Source of the DNA: an uncultured Pelagibacteraceae bacterium
GTDB taxonomy: Bacteria > Pseudomonadota > Alphaproteobacteria > Pelagibacterales > Pelagibacteraceae
Direction of reading: 5' to 3'
DNA length: 64,000 nucleotides
Assembly (NCBI GenBank): GCA_902614125.1
Contig: CACMJW010000002.1
Span: forward strand, 37,244 to 101,243
The translations under genes were made by a program, and so were the position numbers. Every line of letters begins with the position of its first letter. Within the stretch, counting starts at the first letter, position 1. Positions 10,738 to 21,135 of the stretch are shown one piece after another. The notes beneath the pieces were generated by a model. The model saw nothing but the letters and a program-made list of their open reading frames with translations, was not told where the DNA came from and did no database searches.

Positions 10738-11913
10738 TTATTCGATTATATTAAAATCTTTTTTATATTCTTCAGTAAGTGATAAACCCAAACCTGGTAT
10801 ATTATCATCTAAATTAATATATCCATCTTTTGGAGAAGGATCACCTTTAAATATATAATAAAAAAGTTCATTACCGACTTCAACATCATTTACAGGAAAA
10901 TATTCTGCTATCGGACAATTGAAGTTTGACATAGTTAGATGATAATTATGCATTTGACCAGCATGCGGTATAACCGGAACTTGATATGCTTCAGCAAGAG
11001 CATTTATTTTCTGTGCAATTGTAAAACCACCTACTCTGTTATTATCATATTGAATATAACTTAAGGCATTTAAATCTAACAATTGCTTAAACCCAAATAA
11101 ATTAAACTCATGCTCACCACCTGATATCGGTATGGCGTTCATATTGTTTAATTCTTTATATCCATTAATATCATCAGCAATTACTGGCTCCTCTAACCAC
11201 CTAGGGTTATATTTCACCAATTTAGGTATCATTCTTTTTGCATAATCTAAATTCCAGCCCATGTAACATTCCAACATTAAATCTGTGTTATAACCAATAA
11301 CTTCTCTTACAGCCTCAACTAACTGTATGTTTTTTTTCATTCCCTCTGACCCATCTTTTGGCCCCCAGCCAAATCTCATTTTAAACATTGTAAAACCCTG
11401 TTTTTTAAAATTCTCAGCTTCTTGCTGTAAATTTTTGATTGGTTGGGAATAAAGCTTAGATGCATAAACTGGTATTTTTTCCTTAGTTCTTCCACCCAAT
11501 AATTTAAATACTGGTTTATTTGTTAATTTTCCTAAAATATCCCATAAAGCTATATCAACTGCAGATATAGCAACCATGCCCAGACCTCTCCTCCCCCATG
11601 CGTGCGTTCTTCTATACATTTTTTCCCAAATATATGAAAAATCAAATGGATCCTCTCCAACAACTAATGGTGCGAGATATGTGTCTATTGTTTTTTTTAC
11701 TAATTGAGGAGCCAGAGCGGCATTTCCAATTCCTATAGTACCTTCGTCTGTTTCTACTTCACAAATTAACCATTCATGAAATCTGAAAGAACCCATTGCA
11801 TCTGATTTTTCATAGAGTAAATCTGAAGCATTTGTGCAAAAATTATTTTGTAGAGGAACTGTTTTACCATTCCATTGATAAACTTTTGTTCTTATTTCTT
11901 TAATTTTTGTCAT
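10738..11913 (-). CDS. lyxD: Enolase-superfamily sugar-acid dehydratase, L-lyxonate dehydratase-like
   Basis: KMR; LECY; WLEEP; GGEHE. The stretches [26 protein letters not shown] and [23 protein letters not shown] match my recollection of the characterised LyxD family. Confidence 0.75.
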   Translation of the reverse strand: MTKIKEIRTKVYQWNGKTVPLQNNFCTNASDLLYEKSDAMGSFRFHEWLICEVETDEGTIGIGNAALAPQLVKKTIDTYLAPLVVGEDPFDFSYIWEKMYRRTHAWGRRGLGMVAISAVDIALWDILGKLTNKPVFKLLGGRTKEKIPVYASKLYSQPIKNLQQEAENFKKQGFTMFKMRFGWGPKDGSEGMKKNIQLVEAVREVIGYNTDLMLECYMGWNLDYAKRMIPKLVKYNPRWLEEPVIADDINGYKELNNMNAIPISGGEHEFNLFGFKQLLDLNALSYIQYDNNRVGGFTIAQKINALAEAYQVPVIPHAGQMHNYHLTMSNFNCPIAEYFPVNDVEVGNELFYYIFKGDPSPKDGYINLDDNIPGLGLSLTEEYKKDFNIIE

Positions 11914-11932
11914 TTTTTTTTATAAATTCATT

Positions 11933-12925
11933 TTAATTTTTATTTTCAGCCATTCTTAATGCAATTTTAAATGAATTCAAAGTTGGTTCTAATTTTGCCT
12001 GATTTTTTCCAGCGATATCAAACGCGGTTCCATGCGCAGGTGTTGTAATTGGAATTGGAAGACCACCTTGAACTGTTACTCCTCTATCAAATCCAAAAGC
12101 CTTTAGTCCAGATTGGAGAGCATCATGATACATTCCAACAATACAATCATGATTTTTATTTTTAAACGCTGTAATAAAAGAGGTATCACATGGTAAAGGA
12201 CCATCAGCATTAATACCAAGTTTTTTTGCTTCCTCTATTGCTGGGATTATCTCATCTTTTTCTTCATTACCAATTTCTGCATGGGGGTTAAGAGCTTGAA
12301 CTGCAACTCTTGGATTTTCTATACCATTTAACTTCATTGCTTCATTAATCAATTTTATAGGTTCCATTATTTTATCTTTCTTAATGTGTTCTGAAACTTC
12401 CTTTATAGGTATATGTGATGTAACTCGAGCAGTCCAAAAATTATCTACTACATTAAACTCGCAAAAAAAACTTTTAACGTTTAACTTATCAGCCATATGA
12501 TGTAATTCGTCATCAAATTTACACCCACCTAGTTTTAAACTTGTCTTGTTAAAAGGACCAAAATTAATAGCATCAATTTTTTTCTCTTTCGCAAGTTCTA
12601 GTGCTAAATTTAATGCATTTAAAACTGTTTCTCCAGATTCTGCGGAGCACTCAGATAAATTATAATCTTTGTTGTTACCTTTAGAGATATCTAAAAAAAA
12701 TTTATTTTTTTTATCAAAATTTATTTCATCAAAATCAGTAACAATTTCTAGGTCCGAGTTATTTCCTGTAATTTTATCTCCAGAATTTAGAATATTTTTT
12801 TCACCAATTACAGTAATGTTTGCGTTCGCTAGTTCGTTTTGGGCCAAAAGTTTTGATATAAGTTCTGGTCCAATACCGGATGGATCTCCTAGCAATAAAG
12901 CAATATTTTTTTTCTTATTTGTCAT
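11933..12925 (-). CDS. PdxA-family oxidative decarboxylase (2-carboxy-L-lyxonate decarboxylase-like by context)
   Basis: GDPSGIGPE; TSHIP; LNPHA; MYHD; TTPAHGTAFDIAGK; directly upstream of lyxD. Confidence 0.85.
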   Translation of the reverse strand: MTNKKKNIALLLGDPSGIGPELISKLLAQNELANANITVIGEKNILNSGDKITGNNSDLEIVTDFDEINFDKKNKFFLDISKGNNKDYNLSECSAESGETVLNALNLALELAKEKKIDAINFGPFNKTSLKLGGCKFDDELHHMADKLNVKSFFCEFNVVDNFWTARVTSHIPIKEVSEHIKKDKIMEPIKLINEAMKLNGIENPRVAVQALNPHAEIGNEEKDEIIPAIEEAKKLGINADGPLPCDTSFITAFKNKNHDCIVGMYHDALQSGLKAFGFDRGVTVQGGLPIPITTPAHGTAFDIAGKNQAKLEPTLNSFKIALRMAENKN

Positions 12926-12994
12926 CTTTTCTCTTACTGTTTCTAACAGATTATGATTAAATATTTAAATATAAATTAACTTAAGAGGGAAATA

Positions 12995-13969
12995 ATGAAA
13001 AAAAGTTTTAAATTATTCTTAGCTGCAGCTTTTGTAGTAACAGAATTTTTTATTGTTGCTCTTCCATTAATGATTACGTCTGCAAAAGCAGATGGTCATC
13101 CAATACAAGCAATTACTCACGCTGGTTTTGGTGGTGGAACAGATGTTACTACTAGAATGATGTTGTTAAGAGCAAGAAGAGTTTTAAAACAAGACATGCA
13201 ATTAGTTAATAAAAAAGGTGGCGGTGGAGCTGCATCTATGGATTACATGATGTCTTTACCCGCAGATGGTAATCACACTTTAACTTGGACTACTGGTCAC
13301 GCTGTATCAATGGCATTAGGAAAAACGAAAGTTAAATTGAGTGATATGCAGCCTTTAGCAAGAGGAACTGATGATCCTCAGTTATTTGTTGTAAACTGCA
13401 ATAACGACATCAAAGATGCTAAAAAATTTATTAGTACACAAAAATCAAAATCTTTGAAATATGGTACAACGCACACAGGTGGTATTGATGATGTAAGTGC
13501 AATAGCATTTACAAAAAAAGGTGGATTAAAGGATCCAACAATTGTTGCTTACAAAGGCGTGGCTCCTATTAAAACAAACCTAATTAAAGGAGACATAGAT
13601 GTAGGTGTTTTAAACCTAGGAGAAGCTTTGACTGAAATTAATGAAGGTAAACTTTGTGTTTCAGTAGTTCTTGCAAATAATAGAATGGCTAAAATCGGTG
13701 ACTCTCCAACAGCAAAAGAACTCGGTATTCCTGTTTCTTTATCTACTGTTAGAGGTTTTGTAACTAAGAAAGGTGCTCCAGCAGATAGAGTAAAACAATT
13801 AGAAGCAGGAATGTTAAAAGCTATGAGCCACAATTACTATAAAAATTTCTTAACCGAAATTGGATTGGACGACACAAGTGTTGTGGGTGCAGATGAGTGG
13901 GGTAAGCAAATGGAAGAGATGCTTGCTGAAATGACCGCTCAATTAAAAGCTTTGGGTTATATCAACTAA
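12995..13969 (+). CDS. tctC: Tripartite tricarboxylate transporter substrate-binding protein (TctC/Bug)
   Basis: Signal peptide; GGGTD; NKKGGGG; YKG; RGF; followed by TctB and TctA. Confidence 0.9.
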   Translation: MKKSFKLFLAAAFVVTEFFIVALPLMITSAKADGHPIQAITHAGFGGGTDVTTRMMLLRARRVLKQDMQLVNKKGGGGAASMDYMMSLPADGNHTLTWTTGHAVSMALGKTKVKLSDMQPLARGTDDPQLFVVNCNNDIKDAKKFISTQKSKSLKYGTTHTGGIDDVSAIAFTKKGGLKDPTIVAYKGVAPIKTNLIKGDIDVGVLNLGEALTEINEGKLCVSVVLANNRMAKIGDSPTAKELGIPVSLSTVRGFVTKKGAPADRVKQLEAGMLKAMSHNYYKNFLTEIGLDDTSVVGADEWGKQMEEMLAEMTAQLKALGYIN

Positions 13970-13989
13970 AGTAATTAGTACATTTACAA

Positions 13990-14496
13990 ATGAGTAATGT
14001 ACGCAATAAAAAAAGGGCAGGCAGTAGCTTGCCCTTTTTTTTTAAAGATTCAACTATTGTTTCATTTATCATTATTTTAATATCCTCGATACTTTTATAT
14101 ATTACTTTTACTTTTGATATTGTTCCGCCAATTTTAAATCGAGGGATACAACCTGCAACTTTTCCAAAAGCATTATTGTTATTAATAATATCTTTAACTT
14201 TAATAATTTTTTTTCTTTCTATTAAAAAACCTTGGAAAGAAGAAAAGAAACTCCCAACAGAATTCTATATTACACTAGGATGTTTTCTTTTATTTTTATT
14301 TGTTTCAAAATTTTTAGATTTTTTTTTAGGAATTTCATTACTTTCAGCAATTGTCTCCTATTTTTGGGGAGAAAGGAGATTAATATTTATTTTATTTGTA
14401 AGTATTTTATTTCCTATAATTGTGTTTATTTTTTTCGAAACCATTTTAGGATTACGATTCCCTTCTGGAATAATTACAGATTTATATTATAGCTAA
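13990..14496 (+). CDS. tctB: Tripartite tricarboxylate transporter TctB
   Basis: 4-5 TM; PATFP; C-terminal LRFPSG. Confidence 0.85.
   Translation: MSNVRNKKRAGSSLPFFFKDSTIVSFIIILISSILLYITFTFDIVPPILNRGIQPATFPKALLLLIISLTLIIFFLSIKKPWKEEKKLPTEFYITLGCFLLFLFVSKFLDFFLGISLLSAIVSYFWGERRLIFILFVSILFPIIVFIFFETILGLRFPSGIITDLYYS
14008..14043 (+). terminator. Intrinsic terminator-like hairpin inside the 5' end of tctB
   Basis: A7-GGGCAGGC-AGTA-GCTTGCCC-T9. Confidence 0.7.
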
Positions 14497-15962
14497 TGGA
14501 AAACTTATCCTTTATTCTTGCACCTTTATTTAGTTCTAAACTTTTAATAGTTTTATTTCTTGGTACTTTATTTGGATTAGTTTTAGGTGTTTTACCTGGC
14601 TTAGGGCCAACAACGGGAGGAGCATTAATTTTACCTTTTACAATGACACTAGATCCAATATCAGCAATAGTTTTATTAACTGCTATCTATTGTGCTGGGA
14701 CTTATGGTGGTGCAATAACTGCAATTTTAATTAATACCCCTGGAACTCCTGCTGCAGCTGCTACCTGCTTAGATGGTTATCCATTAGCACAAAAAGGAGA
14801 AGCTGGAAGAGCATTAGGAATGGCAACCGTTTCAAGTGTTGTTGGCGGATTAATTAGTGTTTTAGTTCTTATATTTTTTGCGCCACTTTTAGCACAATTA
14901 GCTTATGAATTTGGCCAACCAGAATACTTTGCGTTAGCAATATTTGGTTTAACAATGCTTGCTTCTATTGGTGAAGGTAGCCCAATTAAAAATTTAATTG
15001 CCGGAGCTTTTGGAATCTTAATTTCAACAGTAGGAAAAGATTTTATGACATCAATTGATAGATTTACATTTGGAATAAATGAATTAACTGAGGGGATTGG
15101 TTTTATTCCAGTTGTTGTTGGTTTATTTGCAATTAGCGAGATGCTAACTCAATCTACGCTTTTAAATCAGGTATTTAACAGAGTTGCATTAAAAGCAGTA
15201 AAACTTCCAACAAAAGATGATTATAAAAAGACGTGGAAGACCATTCTTAGGTCGAGTGGAATAGGTTCGTTCATAGGAGTTTTACCTGCTGAAGGTGGAA
15301 CAGTTGCATCTTTAATAGGATATTCTGAAGCTAAAAGATGGTCAAAAAAACCAGAAGATTTTGGAAAAGGATCTATAGAAGGAATTGCTGGAGCTGAAGC
15401 TGCAAATAATGCTGCAACTGGAGGTGCTATGGTACCAACACTTGCATTAGGAATTCCAGGTAGTGCTACAACAGCAGTTATATTAACCGGTTTAATTATT
15501 CATGGAGTAAGACCAGGCCCAGATCTTTTTAGAGAACAACCAGAATTCCTTTATGGAATATTTGGATCAATGTTAATCGCTAACATACTTTTTTTTATAT
15601 TAGGTTTCTTTGGAGCTAAATTATTTGCTAGAATTACTTTAGTACCAAATAAATTATTATGGCCAATGATTTTTGCAATTTCTGTTTGTGGTACTTATTC
15701 TTTAAGCCAGTCTTTGACAGATGTTTGGATAATGTTGCTTTTTGGAGTTATTGGTTTTTTTATGCGAAGATATGGTTTTTCAGTAGTTCCCGTCATTATT
15801 GGATTAATTCTTGGAGAACTTGTCGAGGGAACTTTAAGGCAGTCATTAGTGATATTTGAGGGAAACTGGCTTATGTTTTTCCAAAGACCAATTGTACTAA
15901 TATTTTTTATTTTATCTTTAATTGCTTTAGGTTTTCCGTTAATTAAAAAGAAAAAAATATGA
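14496..15962 (+). CDS. tctA: Tripartite tricarboxylate transporter TctA
   Basis: GVLPGLG; YGGAITAILINTPG; EAANNA; LGIPG; GVRPGP. Confidence 0.95.
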   Translation: MENLSFILAPLFSSKLLIVLFLGTLFGLVLGVLPGLGPTTGGALILPFTMTLDPISAIVLLTAIYCAGTYGGAITAILINTPGTPAAAATCLDGYPLAQKGEAGRALGMATVSSVVGGLISVLVLIFFAPLLAQLAYEFGQPEYFALAIFGLTMLASIGEGSPIKNLIAGAFGILISTVGKDFMTSIDRFTFGINELTEGIGFIPVVVGLFAISEMLTQSTLLNQVFNRVALKAVKLPTKDDYKKTWKTILRSSGIGSFIGVLPAEGGTVASLIGYSEAKRWSKKPEDFGKGSIEGIAGAEAANNAATGGAMVPTLALGIPGSATTAVILTGLIIHGVRPGPDLFREQPEFLYGIFGSMLIANILFFILGFFGAKLFARITLVPNKLLWPMIFAISVCGTYSLSQSLTDVWIMLLFGVIGFFMRRYGFSVVPVIIGLILGELVEGTLRQSLVIFEGNWLMFFQRPIVLIFFILSLIALGFPLIKKKKI

Positions 15963-16708
15963 ATAATTTTGATTTAAAAAATAAAGTTGCAATAGTAACT
16001 GGCGGAGCTCAAGGTTTTGGCTTTGCTATTACTGAAAAATTTTTGACCTCAGGTGCTAAAGTTTTGATTTGGGATATTGATGAGAAGGGAGCTAATGATG
16101 CTTTAAAAAAATTGAATAATGAAAATTGCTCTTATCAAAAGGTAGATGTTAATAATTTTAATGATATTGAAAAAACATTAAAACAAATTGAGAGTTCTCA
16201 TGGCAAAATAGATATTTTTATAAATAACGCTGGAATTACTGGGATGAATGCAACAATTGCTGATTATCCAACAGACGAGTGGGAAAAGGTTATTAATTTA
16301 AATTTGAATGCGGTTTTTTACTGCTGCAAAGCTGTTGTTCCTTACATGATTAAACAAAATTACGGTAGAATTGTAAATATTTCCTCAATTGCTGGAAAAG
16401 AGGGAAACCCTAATGCTGGAGCTTATAGCACATCAAAAGCAGGCGTAATCGGACTAACAAAATCTTTAGGAAAAGAATTAGCTCAAAAAAATATAGCAGT
16501 TAATTGTGTTACCCCTGCAGCTGCAAAGACAAGAATTTTTGATCAAATGACCAAAGAACATATTGATTATATGTTATCAAAAATTCCAAGAAATAAATTT
16601 GCAAAAGTAGAGGAATTAGCATCACTGGTAACGTGGCTCTCAAGCGAGGAAAATTCTTTTTCAACAGCGGCTGTATTTGATTTAAGTGGGGGAAGAGCTA
16701 CTTATTAA
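15959..16708 (+). CDS. SDR oxidoreductase, 2-keto-3-deoxy-sugar-acid 4-dehydrogenase (LRA5-like)
   Basis: TGGAQGFG; NNAG; GKEGNPNAGAYSTSKAGVIGLTKSLGKELA; C-terminal FDLSGGRATY. Confidence 0.8.
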   Translation: MNNFDLKNKVAIVTGGAQGFGFAITEKFLTSGAKVLIWDIDEKGANDALKKLNNENCSYQKVDVNNFNDIEKTLKQIESSHGKIDIFINNAGITGMNATIADYPTDEWEKVINLNLNAVFYCCKAVVPYMIKQNYGRIVNISSIAGKEGNPNAGAYSTSKAGVIGLTKSLGKELAQKNIAVNCVTPAAAKTRIFDQMTKEHIDYMLSKIPRNKFAKVEELASLVTWLSSEENSFSTAAVFDLSGGRATY

Positions 16709-17569
16709 ATGAAAATTGGCTTCATTGGAACTGGATTAATGGGTGTTCCAATGATCAAAAACTTATTAAAATCTAAAAATAAGATAAGTATTTTCAATAG
16801 AACAATAAAAAAAGCTCAAAAACTTAGTAAATATGGAGCAATTGTATCCTTAAGTATTGATCAATTAGTTAAGGACAAAGATGTGATTATAACAATGTTA
16901 ACTGATGATAAAGCAGTAAATCAAATAATCAGTAGCAAAAAATTTCAACAAAACATTAATAAAAAAACAACAGTAATAGACATGAGCTCAACAAAACCAA
17001 TTACAGCTTTAAATAACTATAAAAAATTAAAAAAATTAGGAGTTTATTTCTTAGATGCTCCTGTTTCTGGAGGCACTAAAGGAGCCGAGGATGCTAGCCT
17101 TGCAATAATGGTTGGTGGAGATAAAAGAATATTTAATAAAAACCTAAAAGTTCTACAGATTTTTGGAAATCCAAATTACGTAGGAAAATCATCCTCTGGT
17201 CAGGCTACCAAATTAGCAAACCAAATCATTGTTGGTATCACTATTGGTGCGGTATCAGAAGCAATTATATTATGTAAGAAACTAGGTTTAAATTTAAAAA
17301 ATGTTTTAAAGGCCTTAGAAGGAGGATGGGCTGATAGTAAAATATTGCAAACACATGGATTAAGAATGATAAATAATGATTTTAGACCCAGGGGGAAAGT
17401 ATCATCACAATTGAAAGATATGAAAAATATTTTAATTACAGCAAAAATGAATAAATTAAATCTACCACTTTCTAAGATTATAAGAAATATGTATAAACAA
17501 CTATCAAAAAAAGGTTATAATAATTTAGATCACAGTTACTTATTTAAAGAGATTAAAAACTATTTTTAA
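16709..17569 (+). CDS. Beta-hydroxyacid dehydrogenase (GlxR/GarR/3-hydroxyisobutyrate dehydrogenase family)
   Basis: GFIGTGLMG; DAPVSGG; KLANQ; KD motif. Confidence 0.88.
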   Translation: MKIGFIGTGLMGVPMIKNLLKSKNKISIFNRTIKKAQKLSKYGAIVSLSIDQLVKDKDVIITMLTDDKAVNQIISSKKFQQNINKKTTVIDMSSTKPITALNNYKKLKKLGVYFLDAPVSGGTKGAEDASLAIMVGGDKRIFNKNLKVLQIFGNPNYVGKSSSGQATKLANQIIVGITIGAVSEAIILCKKLGLNLKNVLKALEGGWADSKILQTHGLRMINNDFRPRGKVSSQLKDMKNILITAKMNKLNLPLSKIIRNMYKQLSKKGYNNLDHSYLFKEIKNYF

Positions 17570-17588
17570 TAATATTAATGGAGATAGA

Positions 17589-18431
17589 ATGAAACTACTA
17601 AGAATTGGAAAAAAAGAAAATGAAAAACCAGCCGCAATAGACAAAGATGGCAAGATCAGAGATTTAAGTTCACATATTCAAGATTTAAATCCTGGTCATT
17701 TAAATTTCGATGCTATTTCAAAATTACAAAGTCTAGACTTATCCTCACTACCGGAGCTATCCTCAAACGAAAGAATTGGCTCATGTATTACAAACCCAGG
17801 TAAATTTGTTGCTATTGGATTAAATTTTTCTGATCACGCAGCTGAAACTGGAGCAAAACCTCCTACTGAACCTATAGTATTTATGAAGGCAACTAGTTGT
17901 ATAAACGGACCAAATGACGATATAGAAATTACTAAAGACTCAAAAAAACTTGATTGGGAAGTTGAATTGGGGGTAGTCATTGGAAAACATACCAAACATA
18001 TTTCTGAAAATCAGTCTCAAGATCATATTTTAGGATATTGTTTAGTAAATGATGTCAGCGAAAGAGAATGGCAAATCGAAAAAATGGGACAATGGGTTAA
18101 AGGAAAATCACATGATACCTACGGTCCAATTGGCCCATATTTGGTTACTAAAGATGAGATTTCTGATGTAAATAATTTAAATATGTTTTTGGATTTAAAT
18201 GGTGAAAGAATGCAAACTGGTAACACAAACACCATGATTTTTAATGTGAATATAATTGTTTCATATTTGAGTAAATTTATGTCTTTACATCCAGGGGATA
18301 TTATAACTACTGGAACTCCCCCTGGAGTTGGTATGGGAATGAAGCCACAAAAATTTCTAAAAGCTGGTGATAAAATGAGATTATCAGTTGATAATTTGGG
18401 AGAACAAAACTCCAAAGTTGTACTAATATAG
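17589..18431 (+). CDS. Fumarylacetoacetate hydrolase family protein (LRA6-like 2,4-diketo-acid hydrolase)
   Basis: IGLNFSDHAAE; DWEVELG; NDVSER; KGKS; TGTPPGVG. Confidence 0.88.
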   Translation: MKLLRIGKKENEKPAAIDKDGKIRDLSSHIQDLNPGHLNFDAISKLQSLDLSSLPELSSNERIGSCITNPGKFVAIGLNFSDHAAETGAKPPTEPIVFMKATSCINGPNDDIEITKDSKKLDWEVELGVVIGKHTKHISENQSQDHILGYCLVNDVSEREWQIEKMGQWVKGKSHDTYGPIGPYLVTKDEISDVNNLNMFLDLNGERMQTGNTNTMIFNVNIIVSYLSKFMSLHPGDIITTGTPPGVGMGMKPQKFLKAGDKMRLSVDNLGEQNSKVVLI

Positions 18432-18450
18432 TACGAAAGTATTAATTTTT

Positions 18451-21135
18451 ATGATCAAAAGAGATTTATATTATGAGAGGATTCCAACAAAATCCCTTAG
18501 AGATGATGTAAGACTTCTTGGAAACATACTGGGAAGTGTTATTAAAAAACAAGAGGGACAGACTTTTTTTAATCTTGTTGAAAAAATAAGAAACCTTTCA
18601 AAAGCAAATAGACCTAATATTAAACAAAAAGACTCATACAAGAAAATTTCGAAAACATTAAGTCAAATTAGTCCAAATAATACTTATAAAATTACAAGGG
18701 CATTTTCTCATTTTATGAATTTTATAAATCTTGCGGAATCTATTGATGCTTCAAGAACTTTAGATGAATTCGAGAATAATAAAGCTAAAGCAAACAAAAA
18801 TATTTTTATAGAGGAAATTTTTGAGGAACTTTTTAAGGATAGAAAAATTTCATCTAATAAAATCTACAATACTGCAAAAAATTTAAATATTGGTATTGTG
18901 TTAACAGCACATCCTACAGAGGTAAAAAGACGAACACTTATACAAAAATATCACAATATTACAGCACTCTTAGAACAAAGAGAATTGATGAAAAGTTTCC
19001 CCTCAAAACAAAAAATTATAGATAGAAAATTATATGATGAAATTACAATTATATGGAATACAGATGACTTGAAGAGAACAAAACCTTCTCCATTTGATGA
19101 AGCAAGATGGGGACTTGCTATAATCGAGGATAGTTTGTGGGAAACTATTCCGAAGGTATACAGGAGATTAAATAGCATTTTTGTTAAAAATATGGGCAAG
19201 GGTCTTCCAAAAAATTTTAATCCAATTGAATTTGGATCTTGGATGGGTGGAGATAGAGATGGTAACCCAAATGTAACTGCAGATGTGACTAAAGAAGTAA
19301 TTTTATTATCTCGATGGGAGGCAGCAAAATTGTATGAAAAATCTTTAACAAAATTAATTAGATCTTATTCAATGGGAAAATGCTCAAAAGAGATTAAAAA
19401 AAAAACAGGCGAGTCATTTGAACCCTATAGAGTTTATTTACGTCCGCTCAGAGACAAAATGAGAATTACTCACAGATCCATCGAACAACATTTAGTTTAC
19501 AACAAACCATTGAATGAAGAAATGTTGCTAAATTCACGAGAAGAAATTTTAAAACCATTAAGAGTTGTTAGAAAATCTTTGGAAGAAAACCAAAATGAAA
19601 ATTTAGCGAGTGGTGAATTATTGGATTTAATGAGAAGAGCTAAATGTTTCGGAATAAATCTTGCTAGATTAGATATAAGACAAGAGTCATCCAGACATTC
19701 CCAATTGATAGCAGAATATATAAAAAGAAAATATCAACAAAACTACTATAAATGGAGCGAAAGGAAAAAAATTAATTTTTTAGCAAATCAAATTAAAAAG
19801 AAGAGAAACTTATTAACTAATTTTGAATTTAAAAATAAAGAAAATAAAGAAGTTTGGTCAACTTTCAAAACAATCTCTAAACAACCAGATGAGTGCCTAG
19901 GAGCATATGTCATTTCAATGACCTCGTCTATTTCTGACATAGTAACTGTCTCATTTTTACAAAAAGAAGCGCAAATCAAAAATAAATTAAGAGTTGTTCC
20001 ATTATTTGAAACTTTGGACGATCTAATAAACTCAAAAGCCATTATGCACTCACTTTTTCAAGAAAAATGGTACAGAAAATTGATAAATAACAAACAAGAA
20101 GTGATGATTGGTTACTCAGACTCTAGTAAGGACGCTGGTAAAATATGCGCAAGTTGGCATCAATATAAAGCACAAGAGGAAATAGTTAAACTTGCAAAAA
20201 AATATAAAATCGATGTAACTTTTTTTCATGGTAGGGGTGGCTCTGCTGGTAGAGGAGGTGGTCCAATACAAGCCACACTTAGATCTCAACCTCCATACTC
20301 GGTTAATGGTAAAATAAGAATTACAGATCAGGGAGAAGTTATACAGCAAAAATATGGTTATGAGCCTTTAGCTAAATATAATTTATGTAGTTATATAGGA
20401 GCTGTTACAGAGGCAACCCTCAATCCTCCACCTGTACCAAAAAAGAATTGGAGAGAGTTAATTGAAAAAATGTCAGATATTTCAAAAAGTTCATATAGAA
20501 AAAATATTAATCAAAATTCTGATTTTATTAGGTATTTTAAAACAGTAACACCACATGTATCTTTAGGTAAACTCTTAATTGGATCAAGACCATCTAAGAG
20601 AAAAAATGTAGATAACATAAAAAGCTTAAGAGCAATACCTTGGGTATTTGCATGGACTCAAATAAGACTTATGTTACCAGCGTGGTTAGGTAGCGCAGAG
20701 GCATTAAGATATTCTTCAATTAAAAAATTTAAAAGTACTCTTCTAGACATGGAAAGAAACTGGCCATTTTTTAATTCAATGTTAGATATCTTAGATATGG
20801 TCATTTCAAAAGTTGATCCAGAAATATCAAAAATTTATGAAAAATATTTAGCAGATCATAAACTTATAAGGATTGGTAAAAAATTAAGATACCAATTTGA
20901 AACAATAAAAAAATTAAATAAAAAAATAACTCCTAAAGAAATAATAAATGCCAGAAAACAATTTAGGAATATTATTGTTGCAAGAAATATTTACACAGAG
21001 GTGCTCAATGTTATTCAGCCAATTGTTATATCGAAGCTAAAAATAACCAAAGGAAAAGAAAATAAAAAGAATTTAAATGATGCATTGTTAACTTCGATAG
21101 CCGGTATTTCTGCAGCAATGAAAAATACTGGATAA
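18451..21135 (+). CDS. ppc: Phosphoenolpyruvate carboxylase
   Basis: VLTAHPT; SWMGGDRDGNP; MIGYSDS; FHGRGG; LRAIPWVFAW; C-terminal MKNTG. Confidence 0.98.
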   Translation: MIKRDLYYERIPTKSLRDDVRLLGNILGSVIKKQEGQTFFNLVEKIRNLSKANRPNIKQKDSYKKISKTLSQISPNNTYKITRAFSHFMNFINLAESIDASRTLDEFENNKAKANKNIFIEEIFEELFKDRKISSNKIYNTAKNLNIGIVLTAHPTEVKRRTLIQKYHNITALLEQRELMKSFPSKQKIIDRKLYDEITIIWNTDDLKRTKPSPFDEARWGLAIIEDSLWETIPKVYRRLNSIFVKNMGKGLPKNFNPIEFGSWMGGDRDGNPNVTADVTKEVILLSRWEAAKLYEKSLTKLIRSYSMGKCSKEIKKKTGESFEPYRVYLRPLRDKMRITHRSIEQHLVYNKPLNEEMLLNSREEILKPLRVVRKSLEENQNENLASGELLDLMRRAKCFGINLARLDIRQESSRHSQLIAEYIKRKYQQNYYKWSERKKINFLANQIKKKRNLLTNFEFKNKENKEVWSTFKTISKQPDECLGAYVISMTSSISDIVTVSFLQKEAQIKNKLRVVPLFETLDDLINSKAIMHSLFQEKWYRKLINNKQEVMIGYSDSSKDAGKICASWHQYKAQEEIVKLAKKYKIDVTFFHGRGGSAGRGGGPIQATLRSQPPYSVNGKIRITDQGEVIQQKYGYEPLAKYNLCSYIGAVTEATLNPPPVPKKNWRELIEKMSDISKSSYRKNINQNSDFIRYFKTVTPHVSLGKLLIGSRPSKRKNVDNIKSLRAIPWVFAWTQIRLMLPAWLGSAEALRYSSIKKFKSTLLDMERNWPFFNSMLDILDMVISKVDPEISKIYEKYLADHKLIRIGKKLRYQFETIKKLNKKITPKEIINARKQFRNIIVARNIYTEVLNVIQPIVISKLKITKGKENKKNLNDALLTSIAGISAAMKNTG

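Noticed and set aside
11933-12925. Annotation as vitamin B6 biosynthetic pdxA or as four-carbon acid-sugar PdxA2
   Set aside because: No surA/ksgA context and no DUF1537 kinase; adjacency to the lyxD-like gene favours a catabolic decarboxylase.
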